A DNA stretch of 64,000 nucleotides from Monocercomonoides exilis PA203 (Eukaryota; Protista; Preaxostyla). This document shows positions 28,063 through 39,157 of this stretch, piece by piece. Within the stretch, counting starts at the first letter, position 1. Every line of letters begins with the position of its first letter. The position numbers were made by a program, and so were the translations under genes. The stretch lies in the NCBI GenBank assembly GCA_001643675.2, contig LSRY02000015.1, positions 434,001-498,000 of the forward strand, given 5' to 3'. The notes beneath the pieces were generated by a model. The model saw nothing but the letters and a program-made list of their open reading frames with translations. It was not told the origin of the DNA and searched no databases.

Positions 28063-31000
28063 TCATTTGACAGTTGTTGTGCTGTTTGTGCACAAAGAAC
28101 CGTTTTCTTCACCATTCCCACTCTCAATCCCACTGTCTGGCTCAAGTGTGATTGCATCAGAAATCGTCATTATCAAGGCGCCTGGTGGAAATCCCTGAAT
28201 GAGCTCTCTTTTCAATCCATTCAATGTTCCTCGACACTGGCTGTTCTGTTCCAGACAACTCTTCACAATGTCCAACTTCGAACTCCCTTTTATAATCTCC
28301 AGTGGGGGTCTTTCTCCATTCACTATCTTCTGCCCAGCCACCTCTGCCTCGTATTCTCCAAACGGGATTTGAAGAGTCAAACATTCCCACAGCATCATCC
28401 CAATCGAGAATGACACCGACTCCTTTGTTGCCCCCATCTTCTTGTTTATCTGCAGCTCTGGCGCCTTCCATCTCAGACACTCTTTTTTGAAACTATCTTC
28501 ATCCTCAAAGGCTGATGAGGGAAGGGAGTCCTCATCATCATCACCACTGGCAGATGTCACAACTGTTGACGAAGAGATGGATGATGAATCTGAATCATCG
28601 TCTGACAATAAGTCTGAATGCATCACAATGCAGATCACCATGTGTTCGGAGAACAATACAATGTGAGGGCTCAGATTGGAAAGAGATTGAAGAGGGTTTT
28701 CCATCTCATCAAATGAATGGAGTGCTCCATTCGCAACCCAGAACAAAATCTGGGCAGCTGTTTGCTCTCTTTCTTTCAAGGAGCCAATTGGCATCTCCTT
28801 TGTCTTATTCAGCCCATGAAGCAGCATGAACAGCGAATCCCTCAAATCCACAATCAGCTTCTCATGAGGAGACGAGCATGCCATTGCATCCACCAGATTC
28901 GACATCGATGATGTGGTTGGGCACAAATCTTCCCCTCGAACAAATGTGGAATCTGAATCAGTTGAACAAGTCGAAGAAATTGATGGTGATGGAGTCTGTT
29001 TTCTAATTTCCTCTTCTTCAACCTTCTCCAATGCCCATTCTGGGATCTTGTCTGAATCTTTCCCCAATATGTATTCGGTAGATCCACTCTCAGAAAGAAG
29101 ATGCTCCGATGACTCCGAATGTTGCATGTTCGTATCATATATTCTCTTCTTCATTCTTTCCTCATTCTTCTTCTCTGCCTCTCTCTCTGCTCTCCTCCAT
29201 TGCTCCTCAGGTGACATCTCCATCGTCACCATCTCAATCAGCTTCGGATCTTTTCTGATATTATCGTTCACAATCTCTCTCAGATCTTCAGCTTCATTCT
29301 TAACCTTCTTCCATCGAACAACAAACAAAATAAATCCAATCAGAACGATCAAAAATAATATTGCCAACACAATAACAATTAACAACCAATACGATTTCCT
29401 TTCTTTCCCTCCTTCAACAATTCTGTCATCTCCATTCACCTTTGGCTCGCTTCTGTTCTTCACAATGAAAGAATCAGTGGATGATGGGTTTTTGACATCC
29501 CCAAAAAGAATGCTCACTCTCACCTCTGCCTCTTCTCCTGCCTCTGTTATCATTTCATTTGGCAGTCTCCCTTCAACTTCTGTCTCAGACACATATCCAC
29601 TCTCATCAAACTCATATTTCTCTATCTGCTTTTCAGCCCCAATCTGCTTCACAACCATGAATGACAAGTTGCACGGGAGAAGCAGCTTCCCTTTGAACAC
29701 AACCTCAACTTCTGCTCCTTCTTCCCTTGTTTCAACACCCTCCAACACTGGAATGAAGAATGAAGATGCTCTTTCAGAAACAATCCCTTCAAGCAGACAT
29801 CCATCATTCAAAAACCACATCGATGAGTCATCTTTCACTCCATCTCCTCCTTTCAAACTGGAAATAGACAGTGAAGCAGAGTCTGAACAGATGATATTTC
29901 TTCTCAATGATGGATATTTTGTATTCACAGGGTTGTTGTTGCTGAAGTTTCCTGCTTCAATCTTCACATTCCCACTCGATATGGATAATCCACCTGAAGA
30001 AGCATTCAAAATTGTCACGTCCTTCATCGCCAATGAAGAATTAGTTGAGTGAACAAGTGATCCATTCCATTCGCATATTTCTTTAAATGCATTATTTCTC
30101 TCGGTTTCACTTTCTTTTGAAAGAACTCCAACAAATCGACACGAATCCATCAAAACATCCTTCGCATTGTTCATCCCCATGATGCTTCCTTTGCTTGACA
30201 GAGAATTACAGTCTGAACAAGAACAGTTGGAAAGAACAATTTGAGCAGAAGTTGAGGAAGCGGAAAGAACAGAAGCTCCTTCTGAATTCCTCGAGCAGTT
30301 CTTGAATGAGGAGCTTCCAACCGAAACACTTCCCGAAGTTGAGCTGACAATCAAAATGATGCAACCTTCAGACAACTTCACTCCATCTGCATCAATTCCA
30401 TTCAGCACAACACTTCCACATTGCCCAATCTCAACAACATTTCTTGTTGATTCAACTTTTTCCAGTTTGAAATTTGTGAATGAGACCTCATCTCCATTTA
30501 GCAGAAATGAATACTTCTTGAAAGAAAGCTTTGATATTGAGCAGTTGTCAACATGCAGAATCCCTTTTGCAACGCTCAGCAAGGTTGAGTTGAGAAAAAC
30601 AACAGGTTGATTATTGTTTGACTCTCCAACAGATGAGAAGTCAACAAATGAAAGAGAAAGCTGGCCACCTGATTCATGAATGATGGAACTGCCTGAATAT
30701 GAAAACGATTGGTCAAAGTTGAATTTCAATCTCTCAAACCGAACTTTCTCTGAAGTTGTGAGAAGACTGCCCTCTTTGCCAGTAATTGTTGAGTTCAGAT
30801 GCACCAAAGCAGTTGAGGGAGACTCAAGTGAGCGGATGATCACATCATGCACATCACATTCCCCATTAATGATCGTCTCCTCCGAGATCAACAGCTGAGA
30901 ATATGATGAAGGAATGGTGTGTTGAACTCCAACATCCAATGAGTGGCATGGAGCATTGAACTCTCCGCATTGCTTGCTGTCTCCGTGGTTGCCTGTTGCT

Positions 31001-34000
31001 GAAGAAACAAATATCGTCTCGCTCTGGTATTTCACAACCCTCAGCAGAAGATCCTCTTCCTCCACAAATGAGTCTGTTGTGGCACCCCACATCGCGAGCT
31101 CCTTCACAAATGGTGTTCTGAAATCCAAAAGGAATTGCTCATCTGCAATTTGTGTTTCAATTGAATGGCATCTCACATACACATCTCTTCCCCTGAACGC
31201 AGAGTTGTCTTTGAATGTGATGTTCGACAGCACAAAGTTCAGAGGCTGCTCAACTGTCGAGGTGCATTCCAGAAACAGCCACCCGCCTCTTCCTGTGGTT
31301 GAGCAGAAGCACTCAGAAATCGTGCAAAATGAGCAGTCAAACTTTCCTCCCTCAATCAACACACAAAACATCCCTCCTCCCTTTCCACATCTCTTTCCGC
31401 CACACTTCTTCATCGTTGTGTTTCGAATCACCATTTTCAATGGCTCATCATCATTGTCATTTCGGATGACGGGAATGTTCTCTGTTGTGTTCTGGGTGAC
31501 TTCTTCGAATGAACTCCACTCAAAAATAATGTTTTGTTCCTCTTCATTATTTTCTCTCCCTGAACTCTTTGATATCCTCAATCCGCTTGCCCCATCAAGC
31601 TCAACATTCTTCATCGACAAGTTCTTAATGTTCATAATAGTCGAAGATAGCACAGAAATAACATCCTTTGAAAAGCTAAGTGATTGCATCGTCACTAATT
31701 CCAATACAACTGTCCCTCCATCTGCCTTTATCAACCCAAAATTAGTAATTTGTCCTCTGCTTTCTTCATTTTTTGTGAATGAGCAGTCTTTCACAGTCAA
31801 TAATCCATTGCTTGATCCAACATAAATCAAATTACTGACTCCACTTGTGAAGGATGATGGAATAACAAAGTCAATCAGTTCAAAATTGGTAATTCCACAA
31901 ATCTTCATTGCTGCTTCTTCTGCTCCTTCAAGTGATGAGAGACATTCCAAAGAGCACATTTCTTCATCATCCGATTTTATTGAAATTCCACTCACATCAA
32001 CACTCCTCTGAAGAATCCCCTTCCCAATAACGCTGATAATCCTTTCGTTTCCCTCAGACAATCTTGTTTGTGAATAATCAATTGATAGACAAGGATAATC
32101 TGAGAATCCGCAAGCACCCATGTCCCTTCCATCGCCTCCAACAAATATCTCTGATCCAAGTGTGCGCCAGAAATAGATAAGTGGAATAGTATTCTCTGTA
32201 TCATTCCCATCAAACCCTCTCATCGAATCCAACGAAATATCAGCCAGATGGTCTGATACAAATGGAAGAGAAGTGTTGGTGATGCTCTTTGTCAAGTTGG
32301 ATGATTCAACAAACAGATCATTTCCATATTGCGCAACATTTGGCTCTTCTGAATCAAAAACAGGAGATGAGATCACAAATGAAGAATAATCATCAATTAA
32401 CTTCAGTGCCATCCCTCCTCCAAAGCCAGTTTTCCCTTCTCCAGCTGGTGCTGTGCATCCTGTAAATGTGCATGAAATAATATTCAATTGGGTATTCCCT
32501 TTCAACTGAGCATTGATAGCACCTCCTCTGCTTTCATCAGCCAAAACAGAACATTCATCAAAATCACATTCTTCAATATTTATTTCTCCATTTGAATTTT
32601 CATCATTGCTGTTGTCAATGCTCACACAGCCTCCACTTCCAGCTGCTCTTTCTATTTTTGTGAAATTGCAGTTCGTCATGTTCAACCATTGCATGTTCAT
32701 CAACTCTGTGTTTGTTGTGCTTCCAGTCAACAAGATCAATGGATTTCCACTCAAAGTGATTGACGAAGCTGAGAATGAATCAATAGCCAAGGTTCCAGAC
32801 TCAACAAATAAGAACAGAATTGTCAATTCTGACAATGGATTTTGAAGAGAAATACAGCAATGAGACAAAGTCAGTTGTGAAGAAGAAGAAATAAAAGTTG
32901 AATGTGAAAGAGATGGAGGAATAGAGAAGATGAGTTTTGATAATTCTGTTTCAACACTTGCTGTTATCATCGCTGAGTTTGATGTTGAACTTGTATCAGA
33001 GACTGTCCAGCCACTTTGCTCATCATTTCCTCGGATTTCATGTTTCTGATTAGTAAATGACAATTCATCACTCATTAAAATCATTCCATTCGCATTCACT
33101 TTCTTTGTTTCTGTTTGACGTGTGAGTGAGTGCTTCAAGGTCAAACAAGGGAATTGGACAATTCCACAATAAGAATGATCATATGCCTCAATGCTGCTCA
33201 CATAAATTTCTTCTGGGGTGGGAAGAAGATAGATGCACAGAGGGATTGCCAAACTCGTGTTTCCATTGTCATATCCTCTCACCTTATCAAAAGAATCCAG
33301 TGAAGCTGTCAATGAAGTAATTTTCCCGCTTCTTGCTGTTGTTTCCAGATCGACTGAGTCAACAAAAATGTCACTTCCCCATTTGGCTCTATTTCCTTCA
33401 AATCCTGATGAAATCAGAAACTCTGCATTTGTGTCTTTCACTTTCAGCCCAATCCCTCCTCCTCTCCCTTGGATGGTCGAGGCATAACAGTTCTTCACAA
33501 CACCTCCATTCATCGTCAAAGAACCAACATTCCCCACTTCAACCATCATCCCTCCTCCAAATTCAGAGGCTTCGCTTCCACAGCCATCAATCGTGCATCC
33601 CTCAAGAGTTATTGAATGTGATCCTTCACTCACACTCATCAGCGATGATCCTGCTGTTGTCCTCACAATGTTGCTGAATGTGCAGTTGTCCAGAGACAAA
33701 GAAATAGATGATCCTTGAGGCAGAGATATCACACTTGTTGTGCTGAATGTTTGCCCCCATCTCACATCTTTCATCTTCAAACTTCCCCCTTCCATCTTCA
33801 CAAGCGAGTTCTGAATGCTCCTCTCTTCTGAATGAGTTTCATCCATCGATATATTCATTCTCTCCAAATTGATCCCTCCAGCCCCTTGAACCTCAAACAA
33901 TCTGCTTCTTCGGTTATTTTCAATTGACGAATTGTGAACCACAGACAGATCGCTCACATTCAATTCCCCTGTTCCAACACAAAACAAATTCAGTCCACTT

Positions 34001-35730
34001 GCCTCAAACTTTGTTTCAATGGCTGAGCCAGATGAAGAAACTCCATTCACAGAGATTGTTTTCTCTCCAATATCAATTCCTTTTCCTTCCATAATTGTTC
34101 CACTCAGCACCTTCATTTCCTCCACGAACCCCACAATCATTTGGGAAAGGCAATGGCTGATTGTGAGGCATGCACAACTTTCATTCAATCCGCAGTAGAA
34201 TGTGTCTTTCGCATTTGTCTGATTTTGAACTGAAGCAACAAATCTGCTTCTTCCTCCTTCATTGGGAAGCCACTCACTTTTATCTCCTCCTGCATAATAT
34301 CTCACTCCTTCTGTTCGTGTTGAATAACAGAAAGCAACTTGAGATTCTATGTTGTTATCGTTCACGTAAATATCGTTACCATAGGGTGCTGTGTTATTAT
34401 GGAAAAAGCAAAACCAAAAAATATTTCCGTTATATCCATTTGTTTGAACACTCAAAGCACCTCCATGGCGAGCTGAATGGCATCTTTGATACAAACAATT
34501 TTTCGCAACAATTCTATCACTGGAATTCCAATTTATAAATCCTCCTCCTCCAGAAGTCAAAGAACTATTCCCACTGCAATTCTCAAAGAAACAATCCAAA
34601 ATACAATCTTTTGTTTCCATTGCTTTTGAATTCCATATTCCAAGTCCACCTGCATCATTTCCAGACCATCCATCTTTGAAAAAACAATTTTCAACAAAAA
34701 CTTGGATTTTCATTCCATCAATTTCTGCTCCTGCACCTCCTCCATCTTTTGATGAAACGCAATAGCACTCAATAAATGTGGAGTGTTTTACAGCGCATTC
34801 AGCAATATTCAATGCATATATTCCTCCACCTCTTTCGGATGTCGCATTGCACTTCACAAATGATGAATTCTCAACTGTTAATGTGGTATTTGTATTGTCA
34901 TGCACATACAACCCTCCACCACATGGAGCAGAACATTCATTCCATTCAGCATTCGTGAAGTGCTGAGATTGGGTTGTGTCCAAATGCTCATTATTTCTTT
35001 TTTTCCAATCCACTCTTTCGTTGTGGAGGAATGTGCAGTTCTTGCAGGAAAATGCAATGGATCCTTCTGTTCCGCTCACAATCCCTCTCTCCAGCACATT
35101 CATCGAACTTTCAACTCGGCAATCTTCCATAATGCTCATTTTCATCATTGACACTTTTCCGATTGGCATTTCATCTGTTTCCATGAATTTCATTGTGATG
35201 TTTGAAAAAGCACTGTTTTTGATTCCTTCAAATGACCCTTCTCCATTTCTCAAAATGCTTCCACTCCCACAAAACACAATGTTCCTCCACTCACTGTTTC
35301 TCACAAGCAACGATGCATCTTCTTCTTCCATCTTCACAAGACTATTCATCATCAACTCACAATTGTTGTTTCGTTTTTCGATGTTCAAAGAAGTGTTTAT
35401 CATTTCGCATGTTCCTTCATTGAAGACAAAATGTTCATCGAAACCTCTTTTTCTCATCAACAGGCAGTCATCAAGGCGCAGGAATGATTTTGCTCCCACA
35501 TCAAATGCCGCATCATCATCTGCCTTTTCCAACATTATTTCCTTCAATTCGACTGACGAGTTATGGATTTTGCAGAACAGTCGAACAACACTTCCCTGCT
35601 CCAAAATATGACTTTCTGACTGAGCAGGAATTTGAAAAATGAGATGTCCATTCCTTTGTGCATCATTTCTATCTGTGCCACAAAATGTGAAACACAAGCA
35701 CTCAGCAAAAACAAAAAGAATCATTATCAT
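28063..35730 (-). CDS. Giant single-pass receptor-like protein (2,555 aa): signal peptide, repetitive beta-helix (pectin-lyase/PMP-like) ectodomain, TM helix, degenerate kinase-like C-terminus
   Basis: Hydrophobic N-terminus; GGGLYV/GGGIY/GGAI and F..C.A repeats; TM YWLLIVIVLAILFLIVLIGFILFVV; kinase subdomain VIII-XI-like LRWKAPEL...SFSIGMMLWECLTLQIPF...GERP; no introns. Confidence 0.85.
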   Translation of the reverse strand: MIMILFVFAECLCFTFCGTDRNDAQRNGHLIFQIPAQSESHILEQGSVVRLFCKIHNSSVELKEIMLEKADDDAAFDVGAKSFLRLDDCLLMRKRGFDEHFVFNEGTCEMINTSLNIEKRNNNCELMMNSLVKMEEEDASLLVRNSEWRNIVFCGSGSILRNGEGSFEGIKNSAFSNITMKFMETDEMPIGKVSMMKMSIMEDCRVESSMNVLERGIVSGTEGSIAFSCKNCTFLHNERVDWKKRNNEHLDTTQSQHFTNAEWNECSAPCGGGLYVHDNTNTTLTVENSSFVKCNATSERGGGIYALNIAECAVKHSTFIECYCVSSKDGGGAGAEIDGMKIQVFVENCFFKDGWSGNDAGGLGIWNSKAMETKDCILDCFFENCSGNSSLTSGGGGFINWNSSDRIVAKNCLYQRCHSARHGGALSVQTNGYNGNIFWFCFFHNNTAPYGNDIYVNDNNIESQVAFCYSTRTEGVRYYAGGDKSEWLPNEGGRSRFVASVQNQTNAKDTFYCGLNESCACLTISHCLSQMIVGFVEEMKVLSGTIMEGKGIDIGEKTISVNGVSSSGSAIETKFEASGLNLFCVGTGELNVSDLSVVHNSSIENNRRSRLFEVQGAGGINLERMNISMDETHSEERSIQNSLVKMEGGSLKMKDVRWGQTFSTTSVISLPQGSSISLSLDNCTFSNIVRTTAGSSLMSVSEGSHSITLEGCTIDGCGSEASEFGGGMMVEVGNVGSLTMNGGVVKNCYASTIQGRGGGIGLKVKDTNAEFLISSGFEGNRAKWGSDIFVDSVDLETTARSGKITSLTASLDSFDKVRGYDNGNTSLAIPLCIYLLPTPEEIYVSSIEAYDHSYCGIVQFPCLTLKHSLTRQTETKKVNANGMILMSDELSFTNQKHEIRGNDEQSGWTVSDTSSTSNSAMITASVETELSKLIFSIPPSLSHSTFISSSSQLTLSHCCISLQNPLSELTILFLFVESGTLAIDSFSASSITLSGNPLILLTGSTTNTELMNMQWLNMTNCNFTKIERAAGSGGCVSIDNSNDENSNGEINIEECDFDECSVLADESRGGAINAQLKGNTQLNIISCTFTGCTAPAGEGKTGFGGGMALKLIDDYSSFVISSPVFDSEEPNVAQYGNDLFVESSNLTKSITNTSLPFVSDHLADISLDSMRGFDGNDTENTIPLIYFWRTLGSEIFVGGDGRDMGACGFSDYPCLSIDYSQTRLSEGNERIISVIGKGILQRSVDVSGISIKSDDEEMCSLECLSSLEGAEEAAMKICGITNFELIDFVIPSSFTSGVSNLIYVGSSNGLLTVKDCSFTKNEESRGQITNFGLIKADGGTVVLELVTMQSLSFSKDVISVLSSTIMNIKNLSMKNVELDGASGLRISKSSGRENNEEEQNIIFEWSSFEEVTQNTTENIPVIRNDNDDEPLKMVIRNTTMKKCGGKRCGKGGGMFCVLIEGGKFDCSFCTISECFCSTTGRGGWLFLECTSTVEQPLNFVLSNITFKDNSAFRGRDVYVRCHSIETQIADEQFLLDFRTPFVKELAMWGATTDSFVEEEDLLLRVVKYQSETIFVSSATGNHGDSKQCGEFNAPCHSLDVGVQHTIPSSYSQLLISEETIINGECDVHDVIIRSLESPSTALVHLNSTITGKEGSLLTTSEKVRFERLKFNFDQSFSYSGSSIIHESGGQLSLSFVDFSSVGESNNNQPVVFLNSTLLSVAKGILHVDNCSISKLSFKKYSFLLNGDEVSFTNFKLEKVESTRNVVEIGQCGSVVLNGIDADGVKLSEGCIILIVSSTSGSVSVGSSSFKNCSRNSEGASVLSASSTSAQIVLSNCSCSDCNSLSSKGSIMGMNNAKDVLMDSCRFVGVLSKESETERNNAFKEICEWNGSLVHSTNSSLAMKDVTILNASSGGLSISSGNVKIEAGNFSNNNPVNTKYPSLRRNIICSDSASLSISSLKGGDGVKDDSSMWFLNDGCLLEGIVSERASSFFIPVLEGVETREEGAEVEVVFKGKLLLPCNLSFMVVKQIGAEKQIEKYEFDESGYVSETEVEGRLPNEMITEAGEEAEVRVSILFGDVKNPSSTDSFIVKNRSEPKVNGDDRIVEGGKERKSYWLLIVIVLAILFLIVLIGFILFVVRWKKVKNEAEDLREIVNDNIRKDPKLIEMVTMEMSPEEQWRRAEREAEKKNEERMKKRIYDTNMQHSESSEHLLSESGSTEYILGKDSDKIPEWALEKVEEEEIRKQTPSPSISSTCSTDSDSTFVRGEDLCPTTSSMSNLVDAMACSSPHEKLIVDLRDSLFMLLHGLNKTKEMPIGSLKEREQTAAQILFWVANGALHSFDEMENPLQSLSNLSPHIVLFSEHMVICIVMHSDLLSDDDSDSSSISSSTVVTSASGDDDEDSLPSSAFEDEDSFKKECLRWKAPELQINKKMGATKESVSFSIGMMLWECLTLQIPFGEYEAEVAGQKIVNGERPPLEIIKGSSKLDIVKSCLEQNSQCRGTLNGLKRELIQGFPPGALIMTISDAITLEPDSGIESGNGEENGSLCTNSTTTVK

Positions 35731-36299
35731 GAGGATAATTATGGTTCATTATTAACCATTATTAATAAAATTCATAGATTATTTTGAACTCTTATCAATA
35801 TTGATTCTTCTTGCTTTTTTTAAATTTGTTAAATCCAATGTTATTCATATTGCTTTGCCTTTTTAATAACATAATCATTTAGCCGAAAAAGATTGAATTT
35901 TTCTTTTTCTTCGCTCTGTAATAACTATGGTTTTATTTTATTCTGCATGAATGAGGAATGTTAACATCTTGATATCATTTCCAACGAAATATTCTTCATG
36001 TGTAATTATCTTTCAATGAAAAGAAGAATAACAATTAAAAAAGATGTTTTCGTTGGAAATATTTAAAAATTAAAAAAATAAAAAAAATGAACAATATTTT
36101 TACAAACTTTAAATGTTCTGAGAGAGGCCTAAATTCGTTTGGGAAGTGAATTTGATTTTCGTCAATAATTCCATCACTTCAAAACCGTCCTTGCTTCAAA
36201 AACTTCATATCGAATTACTTTTTATATATATTTCCCTCATTTCTCTCTTCCTTTTTCTATCATTTCTTCATTCTTTATTTCTGAATCTTCATTATTTCT

Positions 36300-37000
36300 T
36301 CCAAAACTTTTAGTCTTGTATTGCAATTGTCTTCACTTTTTCCATATTTCTTTTTTATTTCTCGAGCTTCATCTTCAAAGCATTCTATATTTCCAAAAAG
36401 AACTTCCGAATCATCAATGGTGCTCTTCCTCAGCTCAGCGCTAATTTTTTCATTTTCACGTTTTCTTCTTCCAATCCTCCTTCATGATTCTTTATTTCTG
36501 ATTGTTTTGAAACAAACTGGAAAACATCTCATTCCGAGCTTTTGTTCTTTTTTCGCAAAATAATCCTTGCTTATAAATGAATACTTTAGAAAGAAAAAGA
36601 TTGGCCAATGGCATTGAATCAAATTCTTCATCACTTTTTCTGAAAGTCAAATATCTCTTGATTCTTTTAACAATAATTTCAAATTTTTTCATCAGGAACG
36701 AAGAACAGATGAATCTATGAAACAATGAAGAAAATATTAAAAAACCTTCAAATTTGTTGGTGCAGCGATTGTTGCCAATGAGCAATTTGTATTTTCATTC
36801 TGTTTTTGGATCACAATCATCTTTAATCATTGCAACCCACTTTTCCAGCAAATTAAGGTTATCTTTGCAAACCACCATTAAAAAGGCACTTGAGTCAGAA
36901 AATTAATCCGTTTCATCTTCAAAGCGCTTTGGGTCTTTCTCAATAAACGTTTTTTGTTCTTAAAACTCCATGAAATTGAACTGTTTTATTTCGAATAAAA
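36300..37000 (-). pseudogene. Possible decayed gene fragment of unknown family
   Basis: Protein-like frame broken by stops (KTFIEKDPKRFEDETD*FSDSSAFLMVVCKDNLNLLEKWVAM...*KYKLLIGNNRC) with one short intron-like GT..AG stretch. Confidence 0.3.
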
Positions 37001-37656
37001 ATTGAGCCTCTATTAGAAAACAAAAAAGGAATATAAAATTCAAAATAAATAAAGACTTTAAAGTCTTTCATGCCTCAAAATCATCCATTTTCTGCTGATA
37101 AAATATATCCGGCAAAGACAAAATAAAACTCTTTAGCATTCAAAGGAGAGCATGCCTAAAATATTTATTTGCGTTTTAGAAGCATTTAAACGTTCATCTG
37201 AGTCATAAGACCGGAAAAAACAGAAAATGTTAAAGGCAGGAATTGAAGTTTAATAATGGGCATGTTGATATTTTCAAAATCAAGTCAGCAGGATGCTTGG
37301 CTTTGTCATTGAAAACTTTGTAGAATTAATTGAACGAAGAAATTCATTCTGAAATATTTCATTTTGAAAACAATATTTCTTAATAATGAATGTGAACTCA
37401 AAAAAATATCAATTTCTCTGTTCATATGATATGTCAAACTGAAATTCTAACATATATGCACCAAAAATAATTGTATTTCGAAAAAAAAATAATTCAAAAT
37501 CAAAAAATAACTCTACAGTTTCAAAAATTAAAAATTCTAATTCTGAACTTATATTTCTGAAATTTTGTCATTTTTTTTTGAAATAGAATTTTTTTTTGGT
37601 GTGTGCATAAATATGATTGAAACTTCATTTTTTCCGAAACCCTTTATGAAAAAATA

Positions 37657-38637
37657 ATGAAAATTGTTTTGTTAACATTTTCCATAACGGGAAATACAGC
37701 ACATGTTGCGGATTCTATTTCAAAAACACTTTCTAAATATGGTCATTCAGTGCAATTGTTTGATGCTGTAAGTTTGGTAAAGTTATTAGGTCTGGCACAA
37801 AAAGTTCCAGAATTGAAGCATCAACCTGCACCAACTGGACATGAAGTCGAAATTTTATCTCTTTTATCTGCAATAAAGGAGGCAGATGCGTTTGGAGTTG
37901 GAAGTTATGTGTTTAATTTCTTTCCAGCTCCAGGAGTTCTTGAATTGTTAGATGATAAATGGATGCCTCCTGAGTTGTTCGAGTCAGTTAAAATGTTTTT
38001 CACATTTACAACACATGGAAGCCTTCCACATCCAGTTGGAGATATTTTAGCAACATGCATCTCAAAGAAAAATCCAGCAATGCTTTATGCAGGGAATATA
38101 AACGTTAGAGTGCCAGAGAATTTCGTTCCGCTTCAACCACATAAGCCATACTACGACATATGGGATCCTGTAGAAATTAAATTAATGGAAGAAAAAATTG
38201 ATAGATTAAGAGTATTTTTATCATTTCCTTCTTCATCTGTTCAATTTACTCATGTTGATAATCCTGATGTAAAACGATATATATCACCTTCAACAATGAT
38301 GGGTGCACCACTTTTGGACAAAGAAAAATGTAAAAAATGTGGTCTTTGCGTTATGAAATGTCCTTATAATCTTATCCAAATATCACCTGATATTGAAGAC
38401 GGATTTCCAGTGTTTCAAAGAGATGGGTGCTATGGATGCGGTCGATGCTTTAATAGTTGCAGACAAGAAGCTATTAACTTTACATTATTCGATTCAAAGA
38501 ACCGTTCTCGTTACTGCGGACCTGTTTTTCCAGGAGAAAAGAGAGCTTTAGATGGAAAGGAAAGTGGGATAGAATATACTCCCATTCCAGACGTTGATAA
38601 TCTCTTAAAACGTATACAATTTGAAGTGAAGCCTTAA
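37657..38637 (+). CDS. EFR1-type flavodoxin-ferredoxin fusion (flavodoxin-like domain plus 2[4Fe-4S] domain)
   Basis: N-terminal FSITGNT flavodoxin loop, F.THG and VPENF; C-terminal CKKCGLCVMKCP and CYGCGRCFNSC..EAI; no introns. Confidence 0.88.
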   Translation: MKIVLLTFSITGNTAHVADSISKTLSKYGHSVQLFDAVSLVKLLGLAQKVPELKHQPAPTGHEVEILSLLSAIKEADAFGVGSYVFNFFPAPGVLELLDDKWMPPELFESVKMFFTFTTHGSLPHPVGDILATCISKKNPAMLYAGNINVRVPENFVPLQPHKPYYDIWDPVEIKLMEEKIDRLRVFLSFPSSSVQFTHVDNPDVKRYISPSTMMGAPLLDKEKCKKCGLCVMKCPYNLIQISPDIEDGFPVFQRDGCYGCGRCFNSCRQEAINFTLFDSKNRSRYCGPVFPGEKRALDGKESGIEYTPIPDVDNLLKRIQFEVKP

Positions 38638-39157
38638 TTTAATTGTATTATAATAAATTTGCGTTGCATGCAAATGCTAAATCTATCGAGGATACTTTGT
38701 TATGTTTGATGATTTTTTTTTTCCGTTTGTTTTTATTAATGGACGAATTACCAAACTGAAAACCAAAAACTCTTTGTTTTGATAAATTTTGTTTTGAGTT
38801 TGATGAAGCCTTTGCAAATGAAACAATGGCATTGTTAAAAAAAATTGCTGCAACACGTTGAATCAAATGAAACACACAAAAAAGAAAAACTTCTTAAAGA
38901 AAAAACAAAAAACAGTGAAGAAAAGGAAGTTTCATTAATAATCTTGGTGAATGGCAAATAAATGTCCATGCCAATCTTATTAGAATTTATGCAGTGAGTA
39001 GATAAAATGATTTCGACGAATTTTTCCTTTCACTAAATCCATTTTCTTCAATAATTGCACTTTCAAAACTAATATATTTAATTAATTGAGTCAACACATT
39101 CAACTGCTGGCAATGTAAATAGCAAGCATGAAGCTTTATACATTTTCTTTAGCATCT

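Noticed and set aside
28913-31825. Long plus-strand ORFs (379 aa, 289 aa) opposite the receptor gene
   Set aside because: No motifs; expected from the codon bias of the sense gene.
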